Below are positions 27,879-37,623 of a DNA stretch of 52,041 bases, piece after piece. The stretch lies in assembly GCA_045603305.1 (NCBI GenBank), contig JAZULV010000004.1, positions 1 to 52,041 of the forward strand, written 5' to 3'. Both the position numbers and the translations under genes were made by a program. The first letter of the stretch is position 1; each line of letters opens with the position of its first letter. A model generated the notes under the pieces. The model had not been told where the DNA came from and ran no database searches. It saw nothing but the letters and a program-made list of their open reading frames with translations. This DNA is from Lachnospiraceae bacterium. Lineage in GTDB: Bacteria; Bacillota; Clostridia; Lachnospirales; Lachnospiraceae.

Positions 27879-30800
27879 ACTGTCCCCTCCAATTCAGCAA
27901 TTATTCTACTGCATTCACTAATAGTAACTTTCTCATTATCGAATACATTTTGAGAACCTGTTGGATTACTTCCTCCTCCAAGTTTTGCTTTTCGTACATC
28001 GAGTTCAGCCTGAATCTTTGCTATGTCAGCAACAACTTTCTTTAATAGCAGTTCCAATTTTTCAACTTTTCTAATAGGATCTTGTGAAAATGCCAAAATG
28101 CAATCTAAAGCATTTGCTGTTTTCTGTGCAGCAACTATTTCTTTAATCGCTTTGCTCGTTGACGTAGAGTATTTCTTAACTTCATCAAACAACTCCTGAT
28201 CATACTTTCCAGGCAGCTTTCCATCCTCTGCGGTTCTATAAAATTCAACTATCTTTTCAACCATATCTTCAATTTCTTCGTCATCAACATCCGTTGTTCC
28301 AAAATTTTCTTCGATAGTTGTCATTATCTCAGCAGCCTTTGCAAGCTCATCATCCCGAACTTTATCAAGTCTTTCTAAAATCGTCCTGAGATAATCTCGG
28401 GCATCTCTACGCGGCTTAACAGGATCAACCAAATCTAATACGGAAGATTCAACTGTCAATTTTTCATTTTTAACAGTTCTTACCATTGCATCAAATTTTT
28501 CTCTGTCTAAGAATACTTGCACACGACTCTCACCTTGAATAACATTGCAATACTGTATTACAGTATCTCTATTAATCTTATCATTCTCACTTCTCGTAAT
28601 GATTCCGAGTAACGAATTCCATGCATCTGAATGAGAATTAACACCTAAACCTCTTATTCCATTATCAAGAATGTGTTCTGCTTTTAATCCTTCAACTGTT
28701 GTAGCCTTTGATGACCCAAAGAGAATAACACGATAAAATTCAGCCATCATAGCGCATTTGAAATAATCTATATCTCTATTCTCAAATGTAGTAATGACCT
28801 CTATTAAAGGCTTCTTTATTTTCTCTGTCCAGAGTTGAACTCGATATACACGTCTATCTGCACCGTCAAAATTCCAGCTACGTTTACCAAGTACATTCCA
28901 TTCAAGAAACGCCTCGATAACAGCCTGGGTCTCTCTATCTGCTGGAAGTTTATAAAACATCTGATCCGCGCCTCGCTTCTGACGATCGAAACCTACCAAA
29001 CGGTCCTTTACCCTTTTAATTTTATCAATGTTATCCATAGAAACACCCTCAGCCTGCCAATCAATAGCTGAGTATAAGTAACTGCACATATCCTCTCTTG
29101 CTTTTGAAATTAGAACAACATTACCCGTAGTGGCACCAACATTAATGGTACCTCCTGCAATCCAATTTTCTATTACTTGCAAGCTTTCATTAAGCTGAGC
29201 TCTTTCAGCCTGAATCTTCTGTTCTGCTGCAATCTGCGCAGGTGTTTTTACCACAGTCGTACTTGTTGGAGTTTGACCTGCAGGCTGGTTTGCCGGCTTA
29301 GATTGTGTAGGTTTTCCAGATACTTTCTTTCCGTTTATAAGTGGAAATCCCATATCCTCATATACCTGTGTTGAAAGTCCTGATATATAAGTAGCTTCAC
29401 CTTCTTGGTAAATATCAGTTGTTGCATCACCCCAGATACACATAAAAAGATACATTCTTTCAAACTGTTCATTTGAAGCACCGGTCTTCTGAATAGCATC
29501 TCTAAGGCTTGAATTGATATTTGTATTTATGATTTTAAACCCAGGGAAATTATCAAAATTCCACAAGGCATCTCGAACAGTTTTTTCTACAACATCTCTT
29601 AACAGATATCGAGGGGTTCGATAATTCTCTTGCAAAAGATTATTATACAAATACACTATTGCTCTTCTTGAAAATGGGAAAAGATTTAATGATTTTCCTT
29701 CTTCGGTTATAGCAACATCCCATCCATTACCTTGCTTCACTTCATGCACAGGCAAAGAATCTCCTGAGCCATCCGAAGCAGCCCACTCATCAACTTCATC
29801 TTTAGGTAAAGACATTGCATTCAAGTATCTTCCCACAAACTCGCATAAATCAGCTTCACTAGAGCCGAAAACATCATCTGGGATTACAATGAACTGAGTA
29901 ACACGATCCTTATAGTTATCACGGAAATTACTCTTATAATATTCGCTTGTAGTTCCAATAATTGATGAAATTCTACACATACCTTCCTGCTCGTAATCAC
30001 CGGTATGCCACGTAGTAAGTACATTTAGTAACGCTTCATTGACACCTGTAAAAGCCGTAATATCTTCTATCAACAGCGTTAATGATTTACCTTGCTTCTT
30101 TAATTCTTTTCTTATTTCTTTAAATACCTGTTCAAAGTCTCCTGGTTCCAATCCCGCGCAGCTCTGAATTACTGTATCAACCTTTGAATTAAGATATTTG
30201 GCTACAGCATCTGCAACCTCTGGCTCCATATACAACTTTTCGAGCAAACGTACAGCCTTTTTATCTCCTCCGTCATACTGAACTTTGTCACAGAATGCGA
30301 TATCAACTTGAAAATCCTCTGAAAGGAATTCAGGAACAACATCTCGATTATCTGATGTACTGCTTTCAGCAACTTTAGAATAAATTCTTGCAATTGGACC
30401 ATCATCCGCCATCATTCGTGCCTTAAACAATTCATTATTTAAAAGTGGTGCAATTCTCTTTCTATCAGCATTATTAAGATAATCAATATCTTCGCCATTA
30501 TCATCCTCTATTTCAACAATAAACTGATGATAAATAGCATTCATCAATTTGCTCTCACTAATAGTTGATGTCGCATTAACTAATCTCTCATATAAATCTT
30601 TATTCTGAATGGATGCTACTTCCGGTTTTTCTAAAAGCTGCTTAATTGTTCCTTTCAATGTGTTGTCACTTCTTCGCACAAAAAGAACAACCTCGCTATC
30701 TGGTTTCTGCTTTTCTATTTTTGCATCAAACCATCTAATCAGATGAGATTTACCTGCACCACTTGATCCAATTACAAGAACAAACTGATGCTGATCTTTT

Positions 30801-30991
30801 GGATTTAGTACGACTCTTTTGTATATCTGTTCTTCCGTATATGCTTTGGATGCCGCACTCGAATCATATTCCTTTTGCAATTTAATTTGCTTGAAAGGAA
30901 CATGCGTAGCCATAAAATCACCATATGAACTGGTAATAGTATCTATTCTTACTACTTCTGATAATCTCTGTTTTGCAACTTCTGAATTCAT
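27872..30991 (-). CDS. Large P-loop NTPase (about 1039 aa) of unknown family
   Basis: The ORF track opens on TTG. A likely ATG at 30989-30991 follows an AGGGGG RBS. Walker A is VLVIGSSGAGKSHL and the Walker B-like motif is TLLIEDITAF. There is an internal low-complexity linker (KPTQSKPANQPAGQTPTSTTVVKTPAQIAAEQKIQAERAQ) and a long helical C-terminus. Confidence 0.65.
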   Translation of the reverse strand: MNSEVAKQRLSEVVRIDTITSSYGDFMATHVPFKQIKLQKEYDSSAASKAYTEEQIYKRVVLNPKDQHQFVLVIGSSGAGKSHLIRWFDAKIEKQKPDSEVVLFVRRSDNTLKGTIKQLLEKPEVASIQNKDLYERLVNATSTISESKLMNAIYHQFIVEIEDDNGEDIDYLNNADRKRIAPLLNNELFKARMMADDGPIARIYSKVAESSTSDNRDVVPEFLSEDFQVDIAFCDKVQYDGGDKKAVRLLEKLYMEPEVADAVAKYLNSKVDTVIQSCAGLEPGDFEQVFKEIRKELKKQGKSLTLLIEDITAFTGVNEALLNVLTTWHTGDYEQEGMCRISSIIGTTSEYYKSNFRDNYKDRVTQFIVIPDDVFGSSEADLCEFVGRYLNAMSLPKDEVDEWAASDGSGDSLPVHEVKQGNGWDVAITEEGKSLNLFPFSRRAIVYLYNNLLQENYRTPRYLLRDVVEKTVRDALWNFDNFPGFKIINTNINSSLRDAIQKTGASNEQFERMYLFMCIWGDATTDIYQEGEATYISGLSTQVYEDMGFPLINGKKVSGKPTQSKPANQPAGQTPTSTTVVKTPAQIAAEQKIQAERAQLNESLQVIENWIAGGTINVGATTGNVVLISKAREDMCSYLYSAIDWQAEGVSMDNIDKIKRVKDRLVGFDRQKRGADQMFYKLPADRETQAVIEAFLEWNVLGKRSWNFDGADRRVYRVQLWTEKIKKPLIEVITTFENRDIDYFKCAMMAEFYRVILFGSSKATTVEGLKAEHILDNGIRGLGVNSHSDAWNSLLGIITRSENDKINRDTVIQYCNVIQGESRVQVFLDREKFDAMVRTVKNEKLTVESSVLDLVDPVKPRRDARDYLRTILERLDKVRDDELAKAAEIMTTIEENFGTTDVDDEEIEDMVEKIVEFYRTAEDGKLPGKYDQELFDEVKKYSTSTSKAIKEIVAAQKTANALDCILAFSQDPIRKVEKLELLLKKVVADIAKIQAELDVRKAKLGGGSNPTGSQNVFDNEKVTISECSRIIAELEGTVC

Positions 30992-30993
30992 AC

Positions 30994-31788
30994 TCAACCC
31001 CCTATCGTAATATGGGTAACTGTAGTCTCAAGCTCATGTCCTTCACAGGGATATAACGACCATATTTCTTGAGCATCCAGTCTATGCTCTGCTTTGATTA
31101 CTCCTAAATCGTTGAGCATTCTAATCGCATTTGAAAAACCATAATTAAATGTCTTTGTATCAACAGTATTATGCAAGGCGATTTTTGCATACGGCATTAT
31201 CACATCGACAAATTCATCTATTGCATATTCTGTTTTTTTCTTTAACTTGAGGCTTTCAATAATATCTCTGAGAAAAGCGGCTGCATTTGGAAGCAAAATA
31301 CCAGCAGCACCAGCCTGTGAGTCATGCATATACCCAAATCCCAGAAACGCCATCCAGAATCTCCACGCACGCATATCATCCTCTATTACTTTTTCTCCGA
31401 TATTACGTTCCATAACATCACTCATTTTAGAAACACTATTATGGTCAAGCACTTCTGTTCCCATGTCTAAATACCCTTGAGTAACCTTATAGAACAAGCT
31501 ATCTGAAACAAGCTCCAAGTGCATATTGATATAATGCCTCATGTTATCCATGCTTTTTACTGCATCCTTATCTACCGCTAACGAGATTGTATTTTCCTTT
31601 GTATTTATAAGCTGCAATTGTTCTGCAGCAGTCCTTACAATACCAAAATAAGGCGTCTTACCTCCGAGGTTCTGCGGTTCAAGCAATAGTTTTAGTGTAT
31701 TCTCATCCATTGGCTTGCTTGCCACTTCTCTACAAAGTGCATATACTCTTTCAGGTATTGCAGATGTTTGCATTCTATTTCCAAACAT
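30994..31788 (-). CDS. Hypothetical protein (264 aa)
   Basis: ATG with RBS AAAGGATG. Its stop lies 2 nt from the start of the ATPase gene. No motif was recognised. Confidence 0.5.
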   Translation of the reverse strand: MFGNRMQTSAIPERVYALCREVASKPMDENTLKLLLEPQNLGGKTPYFGIVRTAAEQLQLINTKENTISLAVDKDAVKSMDNMRHYINMHLELVSDSLFYKVTQGYLDMGTEVLDHNSVSKMSDVMERNIGEKVIEDDMRAWRFWMAFLGFGYMHDSQAGAAGILLPNAAAFLRDIIESLKLKKKTEYAIDEFVDVIMPYAKIALHNTVDTKTFNYGFSNAIRMLNDLGVIKAEHRLDAQEIWSLYPCEGHELETTVTHITIGG

Positions 31789-31792
31789 AATC

Positions 31793-34294
31793 CTACATCC
31801 TTTCCAAAATATAACTATCTATCTTTGGCCCTTCGACCATAGCAGATATAGGCTTTTGAACCTTTTGAATAAAGTAATCCTCTTTAACTATGTGAATCAA
31901 TTTAATATCTTTATTCTTATACTTTCTCAATGTCATGCAAAACTCATATACTTTATCTGCACCGGAATTATACAATGCAACAACACCTCCCGAGACATAG
32001 TAACCTGACCCCTGCGTGCACAATTCTCGATATTCTTTGATTCCTAAAATCATTACATTACTCTGCTTACTCATATTAAGAATTAATTCAAAATCATTCT
32101 CAATACTTGTATCCTCAACAACTATTACAACAGCGCCAGCACTCACATAACGATTTATTAAGGAATAATCGTCCTCTTCACCAATAACAAGAACCTCATT
32201 TTCGCCCTGGCACAACTTATTTAATTCGGGTGATATTTGCTTCTTAGGCTCTTTTACTGGTAATAGCAGTGGAAATTTACCCTCTTCCATCGTTTCAGGA
32301 TACTTATGTTTTGCACATCCACCGCAATACATAGACACTTTATCGTATGTAGAATAGAACATTTCCGACCAGCAAATCCTATCACTGAAGTCAATACCAT
32401 TTTTTATTCTCTTGATTTCTCTTTCAAAACCTTCCGACTCTCTATCCCTGATTTCATTTATTATTGCCGGAACATCTGCGGATTCATTTCTAAGAGCATC
32501 ATCCAATATGTCAACACGAATCTTATAACATTCATTTTTAGAATCATAAATCATTGACTTAATTGAAATCAGATTGTGTCGACGCAAAAGAAGAATAACA
32601 TACACATTCCACTGAATGTCTATTTCACTCGCATCGTCATCTTCTTTTGTAACATTGTAAATAGGTTTCACAGCTGTATCTAATGTTACCATTCCCTTAA
32701 ACCACAAGGATGTCTTGCTCTTATACATACTAAGCCAACGTCCCCATATCTTATCTGCGCTAAGAACTTTATTCATTCTCTTATGTGCAGAATCAATGTC
32801 ATCAACTGGATTAATACACATTACACTTAAGCTCACTAACCCATCTCGACCGCCTCGACCAAGCTCCTGGTAGTATTGATTGGGTGTATCCGGAATGTAC
32901 AAATGTAGTACAGTTCGTACATCTCCTTTATCTACACCTACACCAAATGCTGAAGTTGCAATGATTAGATCTATTTTATTATTTGTCCAATCCTTTATTA
33001 TTCTCTCTCTCTCAGCAGACTTTGTATCACCGGTAAATGTCTCTAAGTTATTGAGCCCTGCAGAAACAAGAGTCTTTTTTATCTCTTCCGCTTCCTTGGG
33101 CGAATTAATGTAAACAACCATTGGATGTGGCAATTTTTTTACCAGCTCAATCATCTTTCGTTTTTTATCTGAATAGCTCTTGGCTTTCACAAGCAAATAC
33201 CGTGGCTCATGTCTCAGCGCATCACACCTAATCTCAATCCACTTTCCAGTTGTTGTAAACATTTGCTTAAGTTTCATCACGGCTGTTTTTGTATACGTCG
33301 CAGATAACAACACTGTGCGCAACTGCGAATTCATTACTAACAATTCCTTGCGCCATGGTTCGAGACATTGATAATCTACTCTAAAGAAATCACCCCATTC
33401 AATAACTATATGGGCCTCATCAACAATCAGATTTTTCAAATATTTCTTGGCATTAGCCTCATTTATCATATTCACAAATTCAGTATTTCTAATAAGAGCT
33501 TCTGGTGATATAAACAGCAATCTGGCAGTTTCAGCTTTAAGTGCATTTCTAAGAGCATTTTTACGTTCTAATTCAATTCCGCTGTAATAACAGAATATCT
33601 CATTATCCGCATTATGCTTAACATTATTCTTCGCATTACGAACCTGGTCAATTGCTAACGATACCGTAGGTACTATAACAATTGTAAGCCCTTCTTGTTG
33701 ATATGCCATTGTCTGTGTAATTAAGCTTTTCCCACCACCGGTTGGAAGTGAAACTAGAGTAGTGTATCCTTCTGGAGTGTTCAATGCTCCAAATACTGCC
33801 AGCTTCTGCTCTAAAGACTTGAATTCTTTGTAACAAGTCAAATTGTAAATATATGCATTATTACCATAAAATATATCTTTCTGTTTTTCCGCATCTCCTC
33901 CAACTTTCTTTCTCTGAAATGCCTGGTCCACAAAGAAAGAATCAATATAGACTGGCATTTCAAGACTTGCATAGTATAGCCCTTCCGCATTCAACATAAT
34001 GCCATACTCATTTTCTGGTGGTATCATCCCATCGGGAATGGATATTTCATTCTGAAAAACTAACAAATAGTTTCTCAAAGAGCATAAAAAGACATCTTTA
34101 TTTGCAACTCCCGACTTAAACTTTTCGAAATAGATAACCAATCTTTTTGCTGTATTATATCGGAAGCTATCAATTGCAGAGTCCTCCCCAACGAATGTGG
34201 GCATAGCACCACTGGCATTACCATTTATATAATTTTCAACATAGGTTTCTATCACCTTCGTATCCATTATTTCTTCACCATCCAAACAAAGCAC
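31793..34294 (-). CDS. RecQ-like SF2 DEAH helicase with N- and C-terminal extensions
   Basis: Motif I is LPTGGGKSL, motif II is IVDEAHIV (DEAH) and the RecQ-type motif VI is QELGRGGRDG. The C-terminal roughly 350 aa contain Cys pairs (YCGGCAKHK). The track start is GTG. An ATG at about 34267 (MDTKVIETY) overlaps the stop of the upstream SNF2 gene as TAATG and is the likely true start. Confidence 0.75.
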   Translation of the reverse strand: MLCLDGEEIMDTKVIETYVENYINGNASGAMPTFVGEDSAIDSFRYNTAKRLVIYFEKFKSGVANKDVFLCSLRNYLLVFQNEISIPDGMIPPENEYGIMLNAEGLYYASLEMPVYIDSFFVDQAFQRKKVGGDAEKQKDIFYGNNAYIYNLTCYKEFKSLEQKLAVFGALNTPEGYTTLVSLPTGGGKSLITQTMAYQQEGLTIVIVPTVSLAIDQVRNAKNNVKHNADNEIFCYYSGIELERKNALRNALKAETARLLFISPEALIRNTEFVNMINEANAKKYLKNLIVDEAHIVIEWGDFFRVDYQCLEPWRKELLVMNSQLRTVLLSATYTKTAVMKLKQMFTTTGKWIEIRCDALRHEPRYLLVKAKSYSDKKRKMIELVKKLPHPMVVYINSPKEAEEIKKTLVSAGLNNLETFTGDTKSAERERIIKDWTNNKIDLIIATSAFGVGVDKGDVRTVLHLYIPDTPNQYYQELGRGGRDGLVSLSVMCINPVDDIDSAHKRMNKVLSADKIWGRWLSMYKSKTSLWFKGMVTLDTAVKPIYNVTKEDDDASEIDIQWNVYVILLLRRHNLISIKSMIYDSKNECYKIRVDILDDALRNESADVPAIINEIRDRESEGFEREIKRIKNGIDFSDRICWSEMFYSTYDKVSMYCGGCAKHKYPETMEEGKFPLLLPVKEPKKQISPELNKLCQGENEVLVIGEEDDYSLINRYVSAGAVVIVVEDTSIENDFELILNMSKQSNVMILGIKEYRELCTQGSGYYVSGGVVALYNSGADKVYEFCMTLRKYKNKDIKLIHIVKEDYFIQKVQKPISAMVEGPKIDSYILERM

Positions 34295-37200
34295 GCTGAT
34301 TCAAGTCTAACAGTCGGTTTGGTAAGACTTTCTAATACAACGTCATATATTTCTTTCATCCTATCGTAATCTTCAAGTTCCTGATTATAGTATTCAGAAG
34401 TAGCAACCATTGATGTAAGAATTCTGTCCATCTCTGCTTTAGCCTCTGCCGTATGAGATCTTTCTCTAAGAACCTTTAATGCTTTATCCTTACTAACTTT
34501 TCTTGACTTCTTAACTAAATCTACCCATCTTTCCTGTGGATAAACACTTCTAAAATAGTCAATATTAGTGGCTCTATATTGAGAGAAGATATGTAAAAAT
34601 CCTTCATTCTTACTACGTCTTCCAAGATGATCAATATCATCCTTGCTACTCTCAAAATCACGCTGTAGCATCAGATTAAATTCTCTTATAACCTTATCAT
34701 CCGGTATTTCACCCTCAGCACGAATTCTCACAGGTACCTGTACCTGCTCTACCGCTAGATAGTTTCTAAATACACTCAAATAGGAAAGCGGAACTCCTTT
34801 TTCAATCAGCAGCCTTTCATTTGGATACAGTGACCATGTATAAACAAAACCAGTCCAATTTATACTTGACTTCATCGCAAAGGCTGCTGCCTGACCTCTA
34901 CAAGACCTCATTGCATTATCAACAATACAATCGAATATATCATCTCCAGGTGCAAAGAAGTGAATATAGTCGTTTTCAATTGCCTTCTTTCTACTAAAGG
35001 TACCATCAATCGACCGGCTATGATGCATTGTGTTTTTATCCTGCTTGTCCTGTCTTAATTCATGTATCTTACTAATAAACTGATTTTGTTTCTGTGCAAA
35101 ATATGAATCCCAATCCGGAGGAATTAGCAATGAATTTTCTGCAGATCTTGTTGAGAAGGAATTATCACTAAAACTAATAACCTCGTCCTTTTCCTCAACA
35201 TCTCTAAACCCTGCAAGCATTGCCCATTGAAGCATCGCATCCGCAAACATTTTATTTTCATTACGATTATAGTATTTAACCAAACTAATCAATTCCTGAT
35301 TCATCGGTCTATAGATATACGCCGCAGTATCAAAATGCTGTTCTTCACGCACTTCTTCTTTTAGCTTTGCTGATCTTTCAATTACATTCTGTATTTCATT
35401 TGTTAATCCAAATCTGAAATCTTTAATAATAGCTGATACTATCGCATTATTAATATCATTCATAATAATCTCTAATCCACTCAGAGAATGATTAAATATT
35501 TTCAATCCGTTGTTCCAGAACTTAAACAGCTCTTCTTCCAATGTTTCTTCTGCATAAGGAACCACAGATACGATAGGTCGTCCACTTTCTCTTCCCATAC
35601 GATCCAGTCGACCTATTCTCTGTTCTATTGCATTTGCATCCCACGGCAGGTCAATATGAACCACATAGTCCGCGCATTGGAAGTTTCTACCTTCTCCACC
35701 TGATTCATCACAAAGCATGATTGTACAATTCTTATCATTTTGAAATTTGCAAACATTAACCTCTAACTCATCAGCAGACATGCCTCTTCTAAAACAACTG
35801 AATCCGTCCTCTGTATAAAAGTCAGCAAGCATTTCTTCATATACTTCAAAAGTCTCTTTATAATTTGTAAATAACACAACTTTTGAATCAGTTGCATATT
35901 CATCAAGATAGTACATCGTCTGCACTATTCTAGAAGTATGTTCTTCTGGCTCATCCAGAACACCTACAATATTCTCGGCAATGTCCTGTTCATACATTTT
36001 CCATCTATGTAGATTTTCCTTCAGGCTATCCGGTATAACCACTCCATCTGCTTCCAAGAACTTAACCTGCTGTTCAAAAGCCCATGGTGAACTAAAGAAC
36101 GTACCAAAAAGAGGCTTGAATATCTTTTCAAATTTCTCTTCCGTTATTTCCTTTTCAGTAATCCATGTCACTAAATCCTGATATGCACCGTATTCATAAA
36201 AGTTTTTATCCGGATCTAAAGCATACGGAAGCGAAGTTAGCTGACGCTCCGGCAAATCTTCAAGTGTTTCTCTTCTATTTCTGATAATATTCTTTTCAAT
36301 CTGATAATTTTCACACAAGTACGAAATAGCAACTTTGAAATGATGAAGGCCCAAATCATCGTCATCAAAATCAGCCTTTTCATACATTTCTTTAAGCATT
36401 TCATCTCCTACGTTTTTATAAAGCTTTTTAAAACCGCTCAGAATATCCTCGTAGAAATCCTCGCTATCTTCATTATCATGCGGATTTTCTTCTGCCTCTA
36501 AAGAGTCTCTAAAAATCTCATCTAAATCCTCAATATTAGACAACACCATTGCTGCCACTTTAGTAATATTTCCTTGTTTTTCAACCAATTCATCAAATTG
36601 CTCTTTAGTACAAGAATCATACTTTTCAGGAAGAATCAAACGAAGTAAATCCAGATAATCTGTTCTCTTCTGCTGAACTGGCGTAGCACTAAGCAAAAGC
36701 AGATTTGTAGTGTTGCAACTCAGTCTATGGAACGCATCATAATATGCCTTATATCTTAACAATCTGTGTGCTTCATCAATTATTGTAAAATCCCATTGTT
36801 CTTTACATTCTCGATCAGCTGCTGTCTCTAGCTCTGCAAATGTAATAAAGTTATTATTCTCATTTTTTCCTTCATACAAGTCGAACTTTAAGAACAGCTC
36901 CGTTTTCCATTGTCCTAACAATGCCCCTGGAACAACAATCAATGCATTAACATCACTATGTCTTGAGAAATACACCTTCAAAACAGATGCTGCTTCGATA
37001 GTTTTACCCATACCAACCTCGTCAGCTAGCATATATCTGCAAACGTCATCCTGAAGACATCTCATAATAGACTTAAGCTGATGCGGCATTAGAAAAATCT
37101 TGCAACCCGCTAATTCTTTAAATCCCATAATAGAATTATCCAGAACATTCATTGTCTTTGTAACAATACTTCTACCAAACAGCCAGCAAGGATTTTGGAA

Positions 37201-37605
37201 TTCATAACCCTGCAACTGAGAAGCCGGATCCACTTTGCCTACCATGAATGGTGCTATAATTCGATTTTCCGGAACACAAATTAATGTTTTGTCATACTCG
37301 TTCTCAATATAATAATCATAGAATTCATCTTCCTTTTTTACACAGGCTACAACCTTATACTTCTCCTTCTCGTAGAGAACAATCGAGCCCACAAAGAACT
37401 GACATCTTTGAACCATTGATGTTGGAAGAGGCGCAGTTTTTGGGAAGTTGTCATAATACACTCGATAATTAAATGGGTCGTTAAAAACAACCTCGACAGT
37501 ATCTGCGTAACTATCTATTTTAGTAATCTGCCCCATCAAAAAATCACGCGGATTAATCATGTCATAATCAATCGGACAGCGTACATACATCTTCTCTAAT
37601 AACAT
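34267..37605 (-). CDS. SNF2/RAD54-family helicase (1112 aa)
   Basis: SNF2_N motifs LADEVGMGKTIEAASVL and TIIDEAHRL. The helicase-C motif is IDLPWDANAIEQRIGRLDRMGRESG. It has roughly 150-aa N-terminal and roughly 450-aa C-terminal extensions. RBS AAAGGATGAG. Confidence 0.85.
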   Translation of the reverse strand: MLLEKMYVRCPIDYDMINPRDFLMGQITKIDSYADTVEVVFNDPFNYRVYYDNFPKTAPLPTSMVQRCQFFVGSIVLYEKEKYKVVACVKKEDEFYDYYIENEYDKTLICVPENRIIAPFMVGKVDPASQLQGYEFQNPCWLFGRSIVTKTMNVLDNSIMGFKELAGCKIFLMPHQLKSIMRCLQDDVCRYMLADEVGMGKTIEAASVLKVYFSRHSDVNALIVVPGALLGQWKTELFLKFDLYEGKNENNNFITFAELETAADRECKEQWDFTIIDEAHRLLRYKAYYDAFHRLSCNTTNLLLLSATPVQQKRTDYLDLLRLILPEKYDSCTKEQFDELVEKQGNITKVAAMVLSNIEDLDEIFRDSLEAEENPHDNEDSEDFYEDILSGFKKLYKNVGDEMLKEMYEKADFDDDDLGLHHFKVAISYLCENYQIEKNIIRNRRETLEDLPERQLTSLPYALDPDKNFYEYGAYQDLVTWITEKEITEEKFEKIFKPLFGTFFSSPWAFEQQVKFLEADGVVIPDSLKENLHRWKMYEQDIAENIVGVLDEPEEHTSRIVQTMYYLDEYATDSKVVLFTNYKETFEVYEEMLADFYTEDGFSCFRRGMSADELEVNVCKFQNDKNCTIMLCDESGGEGRNFQCADYVVHIDLPWDANAIEQRIGRLDRMGRESGRPIVSVVPYAEETLEEELFKFWNNGLKIFNHSLSGLEIIMNDINNAIVSAIIKDFRFGLTNEIQNVIERSAKLKEEVREEQHFDTAAYIYRPMNQELISLVKYYNRNENKMFADAMLQWAMLAGFRDVEEKDEVISFSDNSFSTRSAENSLLIPPDWDSYFAQKQNQFISKIHELRQDKQDKNTMHHSRSIDGTFSRKKAIENDYIHFFAPGDDIFDCIVDNAMRSCRGQAAAFAMKSSINWTGFVYTWSLYPNERLLIEKGVPLSYLSVFRNYLAVEQVQVPVRIRAEGEIPDDKVIREFNLMLQRDFESSKDDIDHLGRRSKNEGFLHIFSQYRATNIDYFRSVYPQERWVDLVKKSRKVSKDKALKVLRERSHTAEAKAEMDRILTSMVATSEYYNQELEDYDRMKEIYDVVLESLTKPTVRLESACFVWMVKK

Positions 37606-37623
37606 AATCTCATCCTTTCATCG

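Noticed and set aside
27872-30997. BrxC/PglY (BREX) assignment for the 1041-aa P-loop ATPase
   Set aside because: No PglZ phosphatase, PglX methyltransferase, BrxA/B or BrxL is present anywhere in the array. A P-loop plus a long helical tail is not specific to BREX.
31793-37605. Calling the SNF2/RecQ-like pair a complete DISARM system
   Set aside because: The methyltransferase (DrmMI/II), a DUF1998-only DrmB and PLD DrmC are not identifiable. I report the pair only as DISARM-reminiscent.
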